Positions 9,248 through 17,065 of a DNA stretch of 24,000 nt are shown one piece after another; within the stretch, counting starts at the first letter, position 1; every line of letters begins with the position of its first letter. Location of the stretch: NCBI GenBank assembly GCA_964353335.1, contig CAYGVI010000003.1:205694-229693 (forward strand), in the 5' to 3' direction. This DNA comes from an uncultured Methanosarcinales archaeon. Its GTDB lineage: Archaea > Nanobdellota > Nanobdellia > Woesearchaeales > ARS49. Both the position numbers and the translations under genes were made by a program. The notes below the pieces were generated by a model. That model was not told where the DNA came from, made no database searches, and saw only the letters and a program-made list of their open reading frames with translations.

Positions 9248-10591
9248 ATGAGCGTTGAAATCTTTGCAGTCGGCGGTTATGGAGAGGTTGGCAGGAATAT
9301 GACTGCTGTAAAAGTTGATGACCAGGTCGTAATCTTTGACATGGGGCTCCACATGCCCAATTACATCAAGCTCACAGAGGAGGAAATGGGCGAAATAGTG
9401 AGGATTAATGAGGGAACCCTCAAGAAAGCTGACGCAGTGCCTCAGGACAGCGCAATAAAGGACTGGCGCTCCCAGGTTGTCGCTATTGTGCTTTCACACG
9501 CCCACCTTGACCATATCGGCGCTGTGCCTTATCTTGCCTCAAAATACAATGCTCCGATAATCTGCACTCCTTTTACAGCAGAAGTGCTCAAATCCATGTG
9601 CAAGGACGAGAACATCCGCATGTCCAACAAGATTGTCCAGCTTTACCCTAATCAGCGTATGACAATTGCAGACGGGCTTATCCTCGAGTTCTGCGCAATC
9701 ACCCACTCAACACCGCAGGCAGTTATTGCATTGCTTCACACCAAATATGGCGGGATTATGTACGGCAATGACTACAAGCTTGACGACCATCCTGGAATAG
9801 GAAAAAAGCCGAATTATGAGCATTTCACAAATATGGGCGACAAAGGCGCAATACTCGCGCTTATCCAGGACTGCCTTTATGCACGGGAGCCGAGAAAGAC
9901 TCCGTCAGAAGCTATTGCCCGCGACATGCTTGACGATGTCCTGCTTGGAATCAAGAGCAAGGGAAAAGCAGTGATTGTGACAACATTCGCAAGCCACATT
10001 GCGCGGTTAAAGTGCATAGCTGATTTTGGAAAGAAAATGGGCAGAAAAGTTGTCTTTATGGGCCGCTCAATCGCAAAATACAGCTGGGCTGCTGACGCTG
10101 CAGGAATCACCCAGCTCAAGAAAGATGCGGAAATACTGAAGTACAGGCGCCAGCTCGAGCAAAAGCTGAAGGAAGTGCAGGCAAAAGGAAGGGACAAATA
10201 TCTTTTGGTGATGTCTGGGCACCAGGGAGAGCCCAAGTCAGCACTCTCAAGAATCATCCGCGGCGAGCTGCATTTCAAGTTTGAGCCAGGCGACCACGTG
10301 ATTTTCTCGTGCTCAGTAATCCCTGCTGAAATCAACATCAAAAACAGGGCTGAAATGGACGAGCGGCTGAAGCAGTTGGGCGTCAGGCTTTTCACAAACA
10401 TCCACGCCTCAGGCCACTCAAGCAGGGAGGATTTGAGGGAATTCATAATGATGACAAAGCCAAAGCACATCATCCCGACCCACGGCGAGCCAAAGAAAAT
10501 GGACTCATTCATATCGCTGGCAAAGGAAATAGGCTACGCTAACAAGAATATCCACGCATTGGTCACAGGCCAAAAAGTAAAAATTGTCTAA
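9248..10591 (+). CDS. RNase J-like beta-CASP metallo-beta-lactamase ribonuclease
   Basis: 447 aa; GGYGEVGRNMTAV, SHAHLDHIGAVPYL, GLILEFCAITHSTPQAV, VMSGHQGEPKSALSRI, HASGHSSREDLREFIMMTKPKHIIPTHGEPKK. Confidence 0.93.
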   Translation: MSVEIFAVGGYGEVGRNMTAVKVDDQVVIFDMGLHMPNYIKLTEEEMGEIVRINEGTLKKADAVPQDSAIKDWRSQVVAIVLSHAHLDHIGAVPYLASKYNAPIICTPFTAEVLKSMCKDENIRMSNKIVQLYPNQRMTIADGLILEFCAITHSTPQAVIALLHTKYGGIMYGNDYKLDDHPGIGKKPNYEHFTNMGDKGAILALIQDCLYAREPRKTPSEAIARDMLDDVLLGIKSKGKAVIVTTFASHIARLKCIADFGKKMGRKVVFMGRSIAKYSWAADAAGITQLKKDAEILKYRRQLEQKLKEVQAKGRDKYLLVMSGHQGEPKSALSRIIRGELHFKFEPGDHVIFSCSVIPAEINIKNRAEMDERLKQLGVRLFTNIHASGHSSREDLREFIMMTKPKHIIPTHGEPKKMDSFISLAKEIGYANKNIHALVTGQKVKIV

Positions 10592-10737
10592 AAACGCCAG
10601 GCATAAGAAATTAATAAAAAATGTTATGTCTGGCGGTTATGGCAAACGAACAATCGACAATAAAACGCGTCGTTTGCCATAAAATAACAAAATTTATATA
10701 GGTTTAACCATTCCAGAGGAGTTAAGGGGGAGAGCAA

Positions 10738-11484
10738 ATGAAACTTGTTTTGGCAGATCCAACATATCTTAAAGACAGCATAGCGGTAATTTCTGACCTT
10801 GTCAACGAAGCGCGCTTTAAAATCTCAAAAGACGGCGTTGAAATGATAGCGATGGACCCTGCGAACGTCGCAATGGTCGTCTACAAGCTCCTTTCAAGCG
10901 CATTCACTGAGTTTGACGTTCCAAAGGAGACAGACCTCGCAATCAACCTGGCAAACCTGAAGCAGGTATTGAGAAGGGTAAAGGCAAATGACATCCTTAC
11001 CCTGATGGTTACCGACGAAAACAAGCTGCAGGTAACTCTGAAGGGCAGCACCACTAGGACTTTCTCGCTGCCAATAATTGACATTGAGGAAAAGGAGCAA
11101 AGGGTCCCGAATTTGACTTTTCCTGTCAATATTACCACTGCCTCTTCTGTGCTTAATGATGCGATTGAGGATGCTGACATTGTCGCTGAGTCAGTCACTT
11201 TCTCAGCAGAGCCTGATAAGTTTTCTGTCTCTGCAGAAGGCGACTTGAGCAAGGCGCACATTGAAATCGGCCACGGCACTGACACAAAGGTCACGACAGA
11301 AAGCCCTGCCAAGGTCAAGGCAAAGTACTCGATTGAATACCTCAAGAAGATGATTCAGGCAGGCAAACTGGCAGACACAGTGAGCATAGGCTTCAACCAG
11401 GACTATCCATTGAAGCTTGAGTACAAGGTTGTTGACAGGCTCCTGCTCAGCTTTATTCTCGCGCCAAGGGTAGAAAACGACTGA
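10738..11484 (+). CDS. pcn: DNA polymerase sliding clamp (PCNA)
   Basis: 248 aa; FKISKDGVEMIAMDPANVAMVVYKL, LKQVLRRVKANDILTL, YSIEYLKKMIQAGKLADTVSIGFNQDYPLKLEYKV, FILAPRVE. TATA-like TTTATATA upstream near 10691. Confidence 0.97.
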   Translation: MKLVLADPTYLKDSIAVISDLVNEARFKISKDGVEMIAMDPANVAMVVYKLLSSAFTEFDVPKETDLAINLANLKQVLRRVKANDILTLMVTDENKLQVTLKGSTTRTFSLPIIDIEEKEQRVPNLTFPVNITTASSVLNDAIEDADIVAESVTFSAEPDKFSVSAEGDLSKAHIEIGHGTDTKVTTESPAKVKAKYSIEYLKKMIQAGKLADTVSIGFNQDYPLKLEYKVVDRLLLSFILAPRVEND

Positions 11485-11714
11485 TGAAAATCATTGCCAT
11501 AACCCAAAGCGGAAGCCAGTACGAGCTTATTCCTGACAGGACAGGTGATGCTCCAAAGGAATTCTTCGTGAAAAAAGAAGGGTCGCCGGCATCAGAGCCT
11601 GCTGTTATGATGATCAATGTTATCAAGCATATTGAAAACCTTGTCGGCCAGCAGATAGTCCTGACGAACAATGCAAGAAGTTCTAAAGTAATTCAGATAA
11701 TAATAACAGAATAA
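11484..11714 (+). CDS. hypothetical protein (76 aa), directly downstream of and overlapping pcn by 1 nt
   Basis: Open frame MKIIAITQSGSQYELIPDRTGDAPKEFFVKK..., co-directional with pcn. Confidence 0.65.
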   Translation: MKIIAITQSGSQYELIPDRTGDAPKEFFVKKEGSPASEPAVMMINVIKHIENLVGQQIVLTNNARSSKVIQIIITE

Positions 11715-11733
11715 AGTAAAAATTAATTTCTGC

Positions 11734-12204
11734 TTATTTCTTGTTTCCGTAGTAGAACATCTTCTGAATGTCCACATCGCCAGGCTTCCAGTCTCCCTGC
11801 CTTGGGTGCGATACCTTTACCTCAGTCTTGAGCTCAACCTGCTTTTCCTTCTGCTTCGGCGGCTGTGCTGCCTGGGCTTTTGACAGGTCTTCGCGCAATG
11901 AATTCACTTCCATTATTACCTGATTCATCGCATTGCGGATGACGTCAAGCTCCTCTGAGAACGCCTTCTGGATTTTGTCAACCTCAATCTGGAACTGCCT
12001 TGCAGCCAATGGCTCTGCAGCAGGCGCTGCCTCTATGACCACGCTTTCCTGCGGAGTTGAATTTGTCTTGGGTATGACCTGCACCATCTGCTGTGCCTGG
12101 TTGTATGCATCTGTCGAGGAGTCTGCCATGCCGTGCTTCTTGAGTTCGTGGCTGAGCATGTTGATCCTGCGTAGTTTCTCAACGTCCATTTTATCAATCC
12201 TCAC
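11734..12204 (-). CDS. hypothetical coiled-coil protein
   Basis: 156 aa; FQIEVDKIQKAFSEELDVIRNAMNQVIMEVNSLREDLSKA; overlaps the upstream zinc-finger ORF by 4 nt. Confidence 0.65.
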   Translation of the reverse strand: MRIDKMDVEKLRRINMLSHELKKHGMADSSTDAYNQAQQMVQVIPKTNSTPQESVVIEAAPAAEPLAARQFQIEVDKIQKAFSEELDVIRNAMNQVIMEVNSLREDLSKAQAAQPPKQKEKQVELKTEVKVSHPRQGDWKPGDVDIQKMFYYGNKK

Positions 12205-12464
12205 TTGAGTTCAAAGTATCCGTCTTTTCCAAGCACAAACCTGCGCTTGACTTCCGGCGTTTCCACTTCCTGCACCTGCTCAAGAGGCCTCGCTATCGGC
12301 GTTGGAGCCGGAAGCTTCTCGCGCTTGAATGGAATGAGTGCGATAGTGCAGTGCTCGCAGTAAATCTTCCTGCCTTCCTGCTTTGCTATGCATAGCTCGC
12401 AGAGTTTTTTCCCGCACCAGTTGCAGGCGCCGTCAAATTCCCTTTTGTGTGTCGTGCATCGCAT
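12201..12464 (-). CDS. small zinc-binding protein (B-box-like Cys/His pattern)
   Basis: 87 aa; MRCTTHKREFDGACNWCGKKLCELCIAKQEGRKIYCEHCTIALIPF. Confidence 0.72.
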   Translation of the reverse strand: MRCTTHKREFDGACNWCGKKLCELCIAKQEGRKIYCEHCTIALIPFKREKLPAPTPIARPLEQVQEVETPEVKRRFVLGKDGYFELK

Positions 12465-12470
12465 TGTATC

Positions 12471-13217
12471 TCACCCTAATTGGTGTCCGAAATTTTCCTT
12501 TATGAACTGTATCATCATTTCATTGCCCGCAAGCTTGTATGCATGCAGTGCTGCTGTGAACAGGTTCTCGCGCAGGCAGACATCGCCGAGCGCTGAGAGC
12601 TTTTCCTTGTCTCCCGCGAGCTCATACGCCTTCTGCGCGTAGCCGAGCTGGTTGTCGCTGACGCACCTGTCTCCGACGTGGACCAGCTTTGCCGGGTTCC
12701 TTATCGCCGAAAAGACCTCAATTGCGTGGTCCCACTTGCCCCTTACGAGGCATTCCTCGCCGACTTTTGCAAGCTTGTCCACATTGCTTATCGCCCTGAA
12801 CGCCTTGATTGCGTCTCCGAGCTTTCCGTCTTCCAGACACTTGTCACCAAGCCTCATGAGCTTGACATGGTTGTCTGCCAGGTTGTAGCAGTCAACTGCA
12901 TTGCTGTAAAGGGCAACTCGCTCGTAGTCTTCGCCTATCTCGGTCAGTTTTGCCTTGTTGCCCGCAAGAATGAACGCCTTAACCGCATCATTGAGCTTGC
13001 CCTTGCGCTGGTATTCATCGCCGAGCACATTCAGGACATGGCGCCTTGTGACTTCGTTGAACATGGACAGGTTGATGTTGTCCAAGCCGCGCTCAATCAG
13101 TGTCGGCAAAATTTTCCTGAAGTTGTCTGCGTTTGAGACAGTCTCTGCATGCTTCATCTCGTTGGTTTGCTCTACTAAGTTAGAAACAATTTTGCGCATC
13201 AGCAATTCTTCGCTCAT
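12471..13217 (-). CDS. TPR/SEL1-like helical-repeat protein
   Basis: 248 aa with repeated units such as GKLNDAVKAFILAGNKAKLTEIGEDYERVALYSNAVDCYNLADNHVKLMRLGDKCLEDGKLGDAIKAFRAI. Confidence 0.75.
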   Translation of the reverse strand: MSEELLMRKIVSNLVEQTNEMKHAETVSNADNFRKILPTLIERGLDNINLSMFNEVTRRHVLNVLGDEYQRKGKLNDAVKAFILAGNKAKLTEIGEDYERVALYSNAVDCYNLADNHVKLMRLGDKCLEDGKLGDAIKAFRAISNVDKLAKVGEECLVRGKWDHAIEVFSAIRNPAKLVHVGDRCVSDNQLGYAQKAYELAGDKEKLSALGDVCLRENLFTAALHAYKLAGNEMMIQFIKENFGHQLG

Positions 13218-13356
13218 CTCTGCACCTCTCTTTCCCGCGCGTTTTAGTACTGATTTACTACTCTACGGGGTATTTCAAAGTATTATACTAATATATAAAT
13301 GTTACTATTCCGTATACTAGAAATATTTTTATATTTGAGCTAAAAGAGGGTATAAT

Positions 13357-13788
13357 ATGGCAGAAGTAAAAGACGTCCTGAAAGACTGGATTGTCGAGTA
13401 TGTCAAAAACAAGGACGCTATGACCAGGCAGATTACTTCAATCCAGAAAGACGCTGAAAATGTTGATGTTTTTGTTGAAGGCACGCTGAAAAGCCAGTTT
13501 ATAATAGTCCAGCCAGAGCTCAATGACCTTGGAAAGCTTGATTCTTTGAAAGACAAGCACATTGTCCTTGTCACAGCAAACACAAAAGAGAACGCTGAAT
13601 TCCTGATAAGCAACTGGCCAGAGCTCGTCAAGTATCCTCATTTATGCGTCTACTTTGTCAATCCAAACTCTTCTATGGACAAGCGCTGGGTAATCTTCCC
13701 AGCCACCCATGACAAAATAACAGAGCGCCGCTCACTGAGAAAAGGCATAGAATCATTATACGCGACAGTTGAGCCGTGGAAGGAATAA
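13357..13788 (+). CDS. hypothetical protein (143 aa)
   Basis: Open frame with upstream AT-rich region; MAEVKDVLKDWIVEYVKNKDAMTRQITSIQKDAENVDVFV.... Confidence 0.68.
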   Translation: MAEVKDVLKDWIVEYVKNKDAMTRQITSIQKDAENVDVFVEGTLKSQFIIVQPELNDLGKLDSLKDKHIVLVTANTKENAEFLISNWPELVKYPHLCVYFVNPNSSMDKRWVIFPATHDKITERRSLRKGIESLYATVEPWKE

Positions 13789-13844
13789 TAACTATAAAAT
13801 AGCATTTCGATGGTTTTTTATAGATTCTAATCAGCACATAAAAT

Positions 13845-14297
13845 ATGGATTTAGAAAGTTATCTTCAAGAAAAGAAAATATGGCATAAGTTCGTTGATAA
13901 ACCTGAAACCATACACACTGCGGATGCAGCTGAAAAAGCAGGAATTGAGCTTAAAAGGGTCACAAAATCTTTAGTAGTTTTAGATCAAGATAATCGACCT
14001 ATTCTGGCAATTATTCCAGGAGACTGTAAGCTGAGCTTTGAAAAAATAAGGGCGGCTGCAAATGCAAAAAAAGTAAGATTAGTCCCTTTTGCAGAAGCAG
14101 AACAATATTCAGGATATCTGCCTGGTGCAACCCCCATGGTCTACCATAAAATTGCAATGAAAGTATTCTTAGACAAAAAATTAACACAATATGAAAACAT
14201 CTATGGCGGCGGGGGAGTAAGAACAAAACTTCTTGAACTTAAAGTCAGTGATGTAATAAATTTGAATAATGCAACAGTTGCAGATATTACAGAGTAA
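13845..14297 (+). CDS. YbaK/EbsC family protein (aminoacyl-tRNA deacylase-like)
   Basis: 150 aa; VTKSLVVLDQDNRPILAIIPGDCKLSFEKIRAAANAKKVRLV, GYLPGATPMVYH, YGGGGVRTKLLELK. Confidence 0.85.
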   Translation: MDLESYLQEKKIWHKFVDKPETIHTADAAEKAGIELKRVTKSLVVLDQDNRPILAIIPGDCKLSFEKIRAAANAKKVRLVPFAEAEQYSGYLPGATPMVYHKIAMKVFLDKKLTQYENIYGGGGVRTKLLELKVSDVINLNNATVADITE

Positions 14298-14307
14298 TTT
14301 TCAACCT

Positions 14308-14380
14308 GATACGGCGTGCGGGCAGCGACGAACTGCGGTCCGTCTGGTCCGCACTTGTATCTGCGGATACGGCGTGCGGG
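14308..14380 (-). repeat. 15-nt direct repeat GATACGGCGTGCGGG (14308-14322, 14366-14380) resembling a duplicated tRNA 3' end on the minus strand
   Basis: Two exact copies 58 nt apart; on the minus strand the upstream copy is preceded by GGTTCGATT, matching a tRNA T-loop followed by the acceptor 3' strand. Spacer folds back on the repeat. Confidence 0.72.
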
Positions 14381-14414
14381 AATCGAACCACAGGTCACTG
14401 GTCTAGTGGTAGGA
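14366..14414. pseudogene. tRNA remnants: minus-strand T-loop/acceptor fragment (14366-14388) and plus-strand D-arm-like fragment (14399-14414, TGGTCTAGTGGTAGGA)
   Basis: GGTTCGATTCCCGCACGCCG on the minus strand lacks a matching 5' acceptor. The D-arm-like stretch matches the tRNA-Gly D-arm at 12 of 16 positions. Confidence 0.45.
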
Positions 14415-14417
14415 AGG

Positions 14418-14426
14418 TTTATATAA
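14418..14426 (+). promoter_or_regulatory. TATA-box-like element TTTATATAA upstream of the homing endonuclease ORF
   Basis: Spacing of about 25 nt to the GTG at 14448 fits leaderless archaeal transcription. Confidence 0.5.
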
Positions 14427-14447
14427 GAATGCTGTCAATAACAGATT

Positions 14448-15494
14448 GTGGGGCGCTATATCGTCGATGAAAGGGTAAAGTTTCCGAAAGGTCTCCAAAG
14501 AAAGCTTCTTGAAAGCATAAAAGACGAGCATAATTTAACTTGGAAAGAATTTGCGGCAAGACTGGGAATTTCTGAAGGAATGCTTAGCATTGATTGGAGG
14601 CTTGAGCGGTGCACTCTTCCAAAATCGCGGATGAAACTGCTTGCTAAAATGAGTGAGAAACCTGCTGTTCGAAGAATAATTGATATGGGAAAAATTCTGC
14701 CACGCTGCTGGGGGCAAACGAAAGGCGCGATAAAAGCTTGCAAGACAATGAATATTGATCGCGTACTCACCATCACCCAAGGGATTGAGAAAACCCCCTC
14801 ATTTGCTGAATTGGTAGGCATCATTTTAGGCGATGGCCACCTTCACGAAAAGGGAATGGAAATAACTCTGAACATCTATAAAGAGGTGGGTTATGCAGCA
14901 CACGTAGCAGAACTCATCAAGACTTTATTTGGCAAAGAACCTAGAATTAGACACACACATTCAACCATACGCGTCATCTTGAATTCAAAACTGGTGGTGA
15001 AAGCTCTGAAAGAAATAGGATTGAAAACAGGCAGAAAAGGAGATCATACACGCATCCCAGAACTGTTTTGGACGGATAAAACTCTCCTCAGCCGGTGCGT
15101 ACGCGGATTAATCGACACAGACGGAGGAATCCATAAAAAAGAGCGGTTTGGAAAACGGCACATTATTGAATTCAAGAATATGTCACAGCCATTGCTTGAC
15201 GACGTTAGAAACGCGCTTGCCCTGCTCGGTTTTCAGGTCTCGCTTGGCGGACCCCATGCAATTAGGGTGCAGCATCAGAGTGAGATTAAAAAATACCTAC
15301 TCAACATAGGCACTTCAAACGGCAAAAATACCGAAATAATTGGTGAAATTTTCGCGCCAGTAGTCCAGCGGCAGGATACGAGCTTCCCAAGACCTCAAAA
15401 AAAGGTCGGTAAGAGCTTGGGACCCGGGTTCAAATCCCGGCTGGCGCATCCGCTAATTCAAGATAAAAAAATAGAACAAAATCATTCTTTTTAG
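14448..15494 (+). CDS. LAGLIDADG homing endonuclease with N-terminal HTH; frame continues through tRNA-Gly
   Basis: Two LAGLIDADG motifs (ELVGIILGDGHLH and VRGLIDTDGGIH), HTH-like LTWKEFAARLGISEGMLS, C-terminal YLLNIGTSNGKNTEIIGEIF. GTG start. The family-like part ends near 15353; residues beyond it are encoded by the tRNA gene and flanking DNA. Confidence 0.85.
   Translation: MGRYIVDERVKFPKGLQRKLLESIKDEHNLTWKEFAARLGISEGMLSIDWRLERCTLPKSRMKLLAKMSEKPAVRRIIDMGKILPRCWGQTKGAIKACKTMNIDRVLTITQGIEKTPSFAELVGIILGDGHLHEKGMEITLNIYKEVGYAAHVAELIKTLFGKEPRIRHTHSTIRVILNSKLVVKALKEIGLKTGRKGDHTRIPELFWTDKTLLSRCVRGLIDTDGGIHKKERFGKRHIIEFKNMSQPLLDDVRNALALLGFQVSLGGPHAIRVQHQSEIKKYLLNIGTSNGKNTEIIGEIFAPVVQRQDTSFPRPQKKVGKSLGPGFKSRLAHPLIQDKKIEQNHSF
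15354..15448 (+). tRNA. tRNA-Gly(CCC) with a 24-nt intron at canonical position 37/38
   Basis: Acceptor GCGCCAG/CTGGCGC; D-stem GTCC/GGAT; anticodon stem CGAGC (15379-15383)/GCTTG (15415-15419); CCC at 15386-15388; T-arm CCGGG TTCAAAT CCCGG; discriminator A. Confidence 0.92.
15390..15413 (+). other. archaeal tRNA intron (24 nt) in tRNA-Gly(CCC), BHB-type
   Basis: AGACCTCAAAAAAAGGTCGGTAAG; inner stem GACC/GGTC, 4-bp central helix TTCC/GGTA with one T-T mismatch, 3-nt bulges on both sides. Confidence 0.87.
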
Positions 15495-15781
15495 GCAGCT
15501 TCTGCAGGAGCTTCTTCTCCTTCTTCGCCCGAATAGCTTGGTACAGCCGCCTTGGAGATTATCATTATGTCGCCCATTGCCTTTACGAGCTGGTGCGGAA
15601 CGACAACTCCCTTTGCGCTTCCAAGAACCTTGCTCAGGAACGAATTCTTTGTTGCCCTGACCCGCCATCCATAAACCTTGCTTTGCGTTAAAAGCGCCTC
15701 TTCAATATCCCCAAAATAATCGCCAGTGTCAGTGAAAACTTTCATGTCGAATGTGTCCGAGATTTTCTTCATCTTAAGCAT
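15491..15781 (-). CDS. PRC-barrel domain protein
   Basis: 96 aa; KVFTDTGDYFGDIEEALLTQSKVYGWRVRATKNSFLSKVLGSAKGVVVPHQLVKAMGDIMII. Confidence 0.78.
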   Translation of the reverse strand: MLKMKKISDTFDMKVFTDTGDYFGDIEEALLTQSKVYGWRVRATKNSFLSKVLGSAKGVVVPHQLVKAMGDIMIISKAAVPSYSGEEGEEAPAEAA

Positions 15782-15867
15782 GTGTTATCCTCCCTCTTGA
15801 GCAGTAGTGTCATTCAGAGCGCCACAGCTATATAAATTTTGTGTTGGCTATAGAGGAATGTTTATTA

Positions 15868-16215
15868 ATGGCAGAAAACAACACAGGGAATATGGCAGGA
15901 ACAACCACACGTCGCAGGCCATTGGTGACTACAAAAAGAACCATGATAAGTGAGATATTAAAAGGCCTGAAAGACCTCAAGTTTCTTCTTGAAAAGACAA
16001 ACGACGTGAAATCCGATGATATTGAACTGTATTCGGAGACAATTAAGACCTTCAGCGTGGAAAGGATTAGGGCAACAGATACTGAGCTTACAAGGATTTC
16101 AGGAGTTCTAAAAACTGTCAAAAGATGGACAAATGACAGTGACGTACAGGTCTTGGCAGACTACCTTCTGGACCTCATAACAACCACAAAGCGGCAGTTT
16201 AATTATGAAGAGTAG
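15868..16215 (+). CDS. hypothetical protein (about 115 aa)
   Basis: The ORF track starts at 15841; the internal ATG (MAENNTGNMAGTTTRR) at 15868 seems more plausible. Confidence 0.65.
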   Translation: MAENNTGNMAGTTTRRRPLVTTKRTMISEILKGLKDLKFLLEKTNDVKSDDIELYSETIKTFSVERIRATDTELTRISGVLKTVKRWTNDSDVQVLADYLLDLITTTKRQFNYEE

Positions 16216-16246
16216 GTTATATAAACCGCGCAATTCTCAAAAGACC

Positions 16247-16951
16247 ATGCATTACCGCAACCTTACGCTGATTGGAACGTCTCACATTGCAGCAGAGAGC
16301 GTTACTGCTGTGACAAACATAATTCTGAAAGAGCAGCCGGCAATTGTGGCTTTGGAGCTTGACAGGAAGCGCTTGCCTGCATTGCTCCACCCGCAAAAGG
16401 CAAAAACAAGCTGGAAGGACATAAAGCGCATTGGCTTCAAGGGATGGCTTTTCAGCATTATCGGCGCCTGGGTTGAAAAAAAGCTTGGCGAAAAGGTCGG
16501 AATGAAGCCTGGAGCAGAGATGCTGCAGGCGATAAAAGCCGCAAAAGCAGTAAAGGCAGACATTGCGCTTGTTGACCAGGACATTGAAATCACCCTAAAA
16601 CGCTTCTCACAGACAATGACCTGGAAGGAAAAATGGCGCCTGTTCATAGACGTAATCAAGGGCATCATCTTCAGGAAAAGCGAGTTCAGTTTTGACCTGA
16701 GCACTGTTCCAAGCCAGAAATTAATCGCGAAAATGATTAAGGAGGTGCAGAAGCGCTACCCGAACATCTACAAAGTGCTTGTCACAGAAAGAAACGAGGT
16801 TATGGCAAAAAACCTCGCTTACCTGATGAACAACAACCCTGACAAGAAAATAGTCGCAATAGTCGGCGCAGGCCACGAAAAGGAGCTTATGCAATTAATC
16901 AAGGATGAGATGCGGGTAACACTTTCTTATAGTTTCCAAGTTGCTGAATGA
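16247..16951 (+). CDS. traB: TraB family protein
   Basis: MHYRNLTLIGTSHIAAESVTAV, AIVALELDRKRL, IVAIVGAGHEKELMQLI. TATATAA upstream near 16218 supports a start at 16247 rather than 16205. Confidence 0.88.
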   Translation: MHYRNLTLIGTSHIAAESVTAVTNIILKEQPAIVALELDRKRLPALLHPQKAKTSWKDIKRIGFKGWLFSIIGAWVEKKLGEKVGMKPGAEMLQAIKAAKAVKADIALVDQDIEITLKRFSQTMTWKEKWRLFIDVIKGIIFRKSEFSFDLSTVPSQKLIAKMIKEVQKRYPNIYKVLVTERNEVMAKNLAYLMNNNPDKKIVAIVGAGHEKELMQLIKDEMRVTLSYSFQVAE

Positions 16952-16969
16952 GGCGAGGAGCAAACGGAG

Positions 16970-16989
16970 CGTAGCGGAGTGCAGCTACG
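16970..16989 (+). terminator. hairpin downstream of traB (possible 3' end structure)
   Basis: CGTAGC (16970-16975)/GCTACG (16984-16989), 8-nt loop, within a purine/GC-rich tract. Confidence 0.35.
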
Positions 16990-17065
16990 AGCCGAATTCG
17001 CAATGAGTGTCTCTACGCCGCAGCCACCAGAATGATTTATATACTCAAATTAATGAGTTTGGCGC

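Noticed and set aside
9877-10512. 211-aa minus-strand ORF inside the RNase J-like gene
   Set aside because: The plus-strand gene has clear beta-CASP motifs throughout; the opposite frame lacks any family signal.
14366-14420. Complete tRNA gene on the minus strand upstream of the endonuclease
   Set aside because: T-loop and acceptor 3' strand are present, but the T-stem does not pair properly and no matching 5' acceptor half was found, so it is reported only as a remnant.
14298-14447. Endonuclease region as an intron disrupting a single tRNA gene
   Set aside because: The downstream tRNA-Gly is complete with both acceptor strands, and the upstream fragments do not join to it, so a simple host-gene split is not supported.
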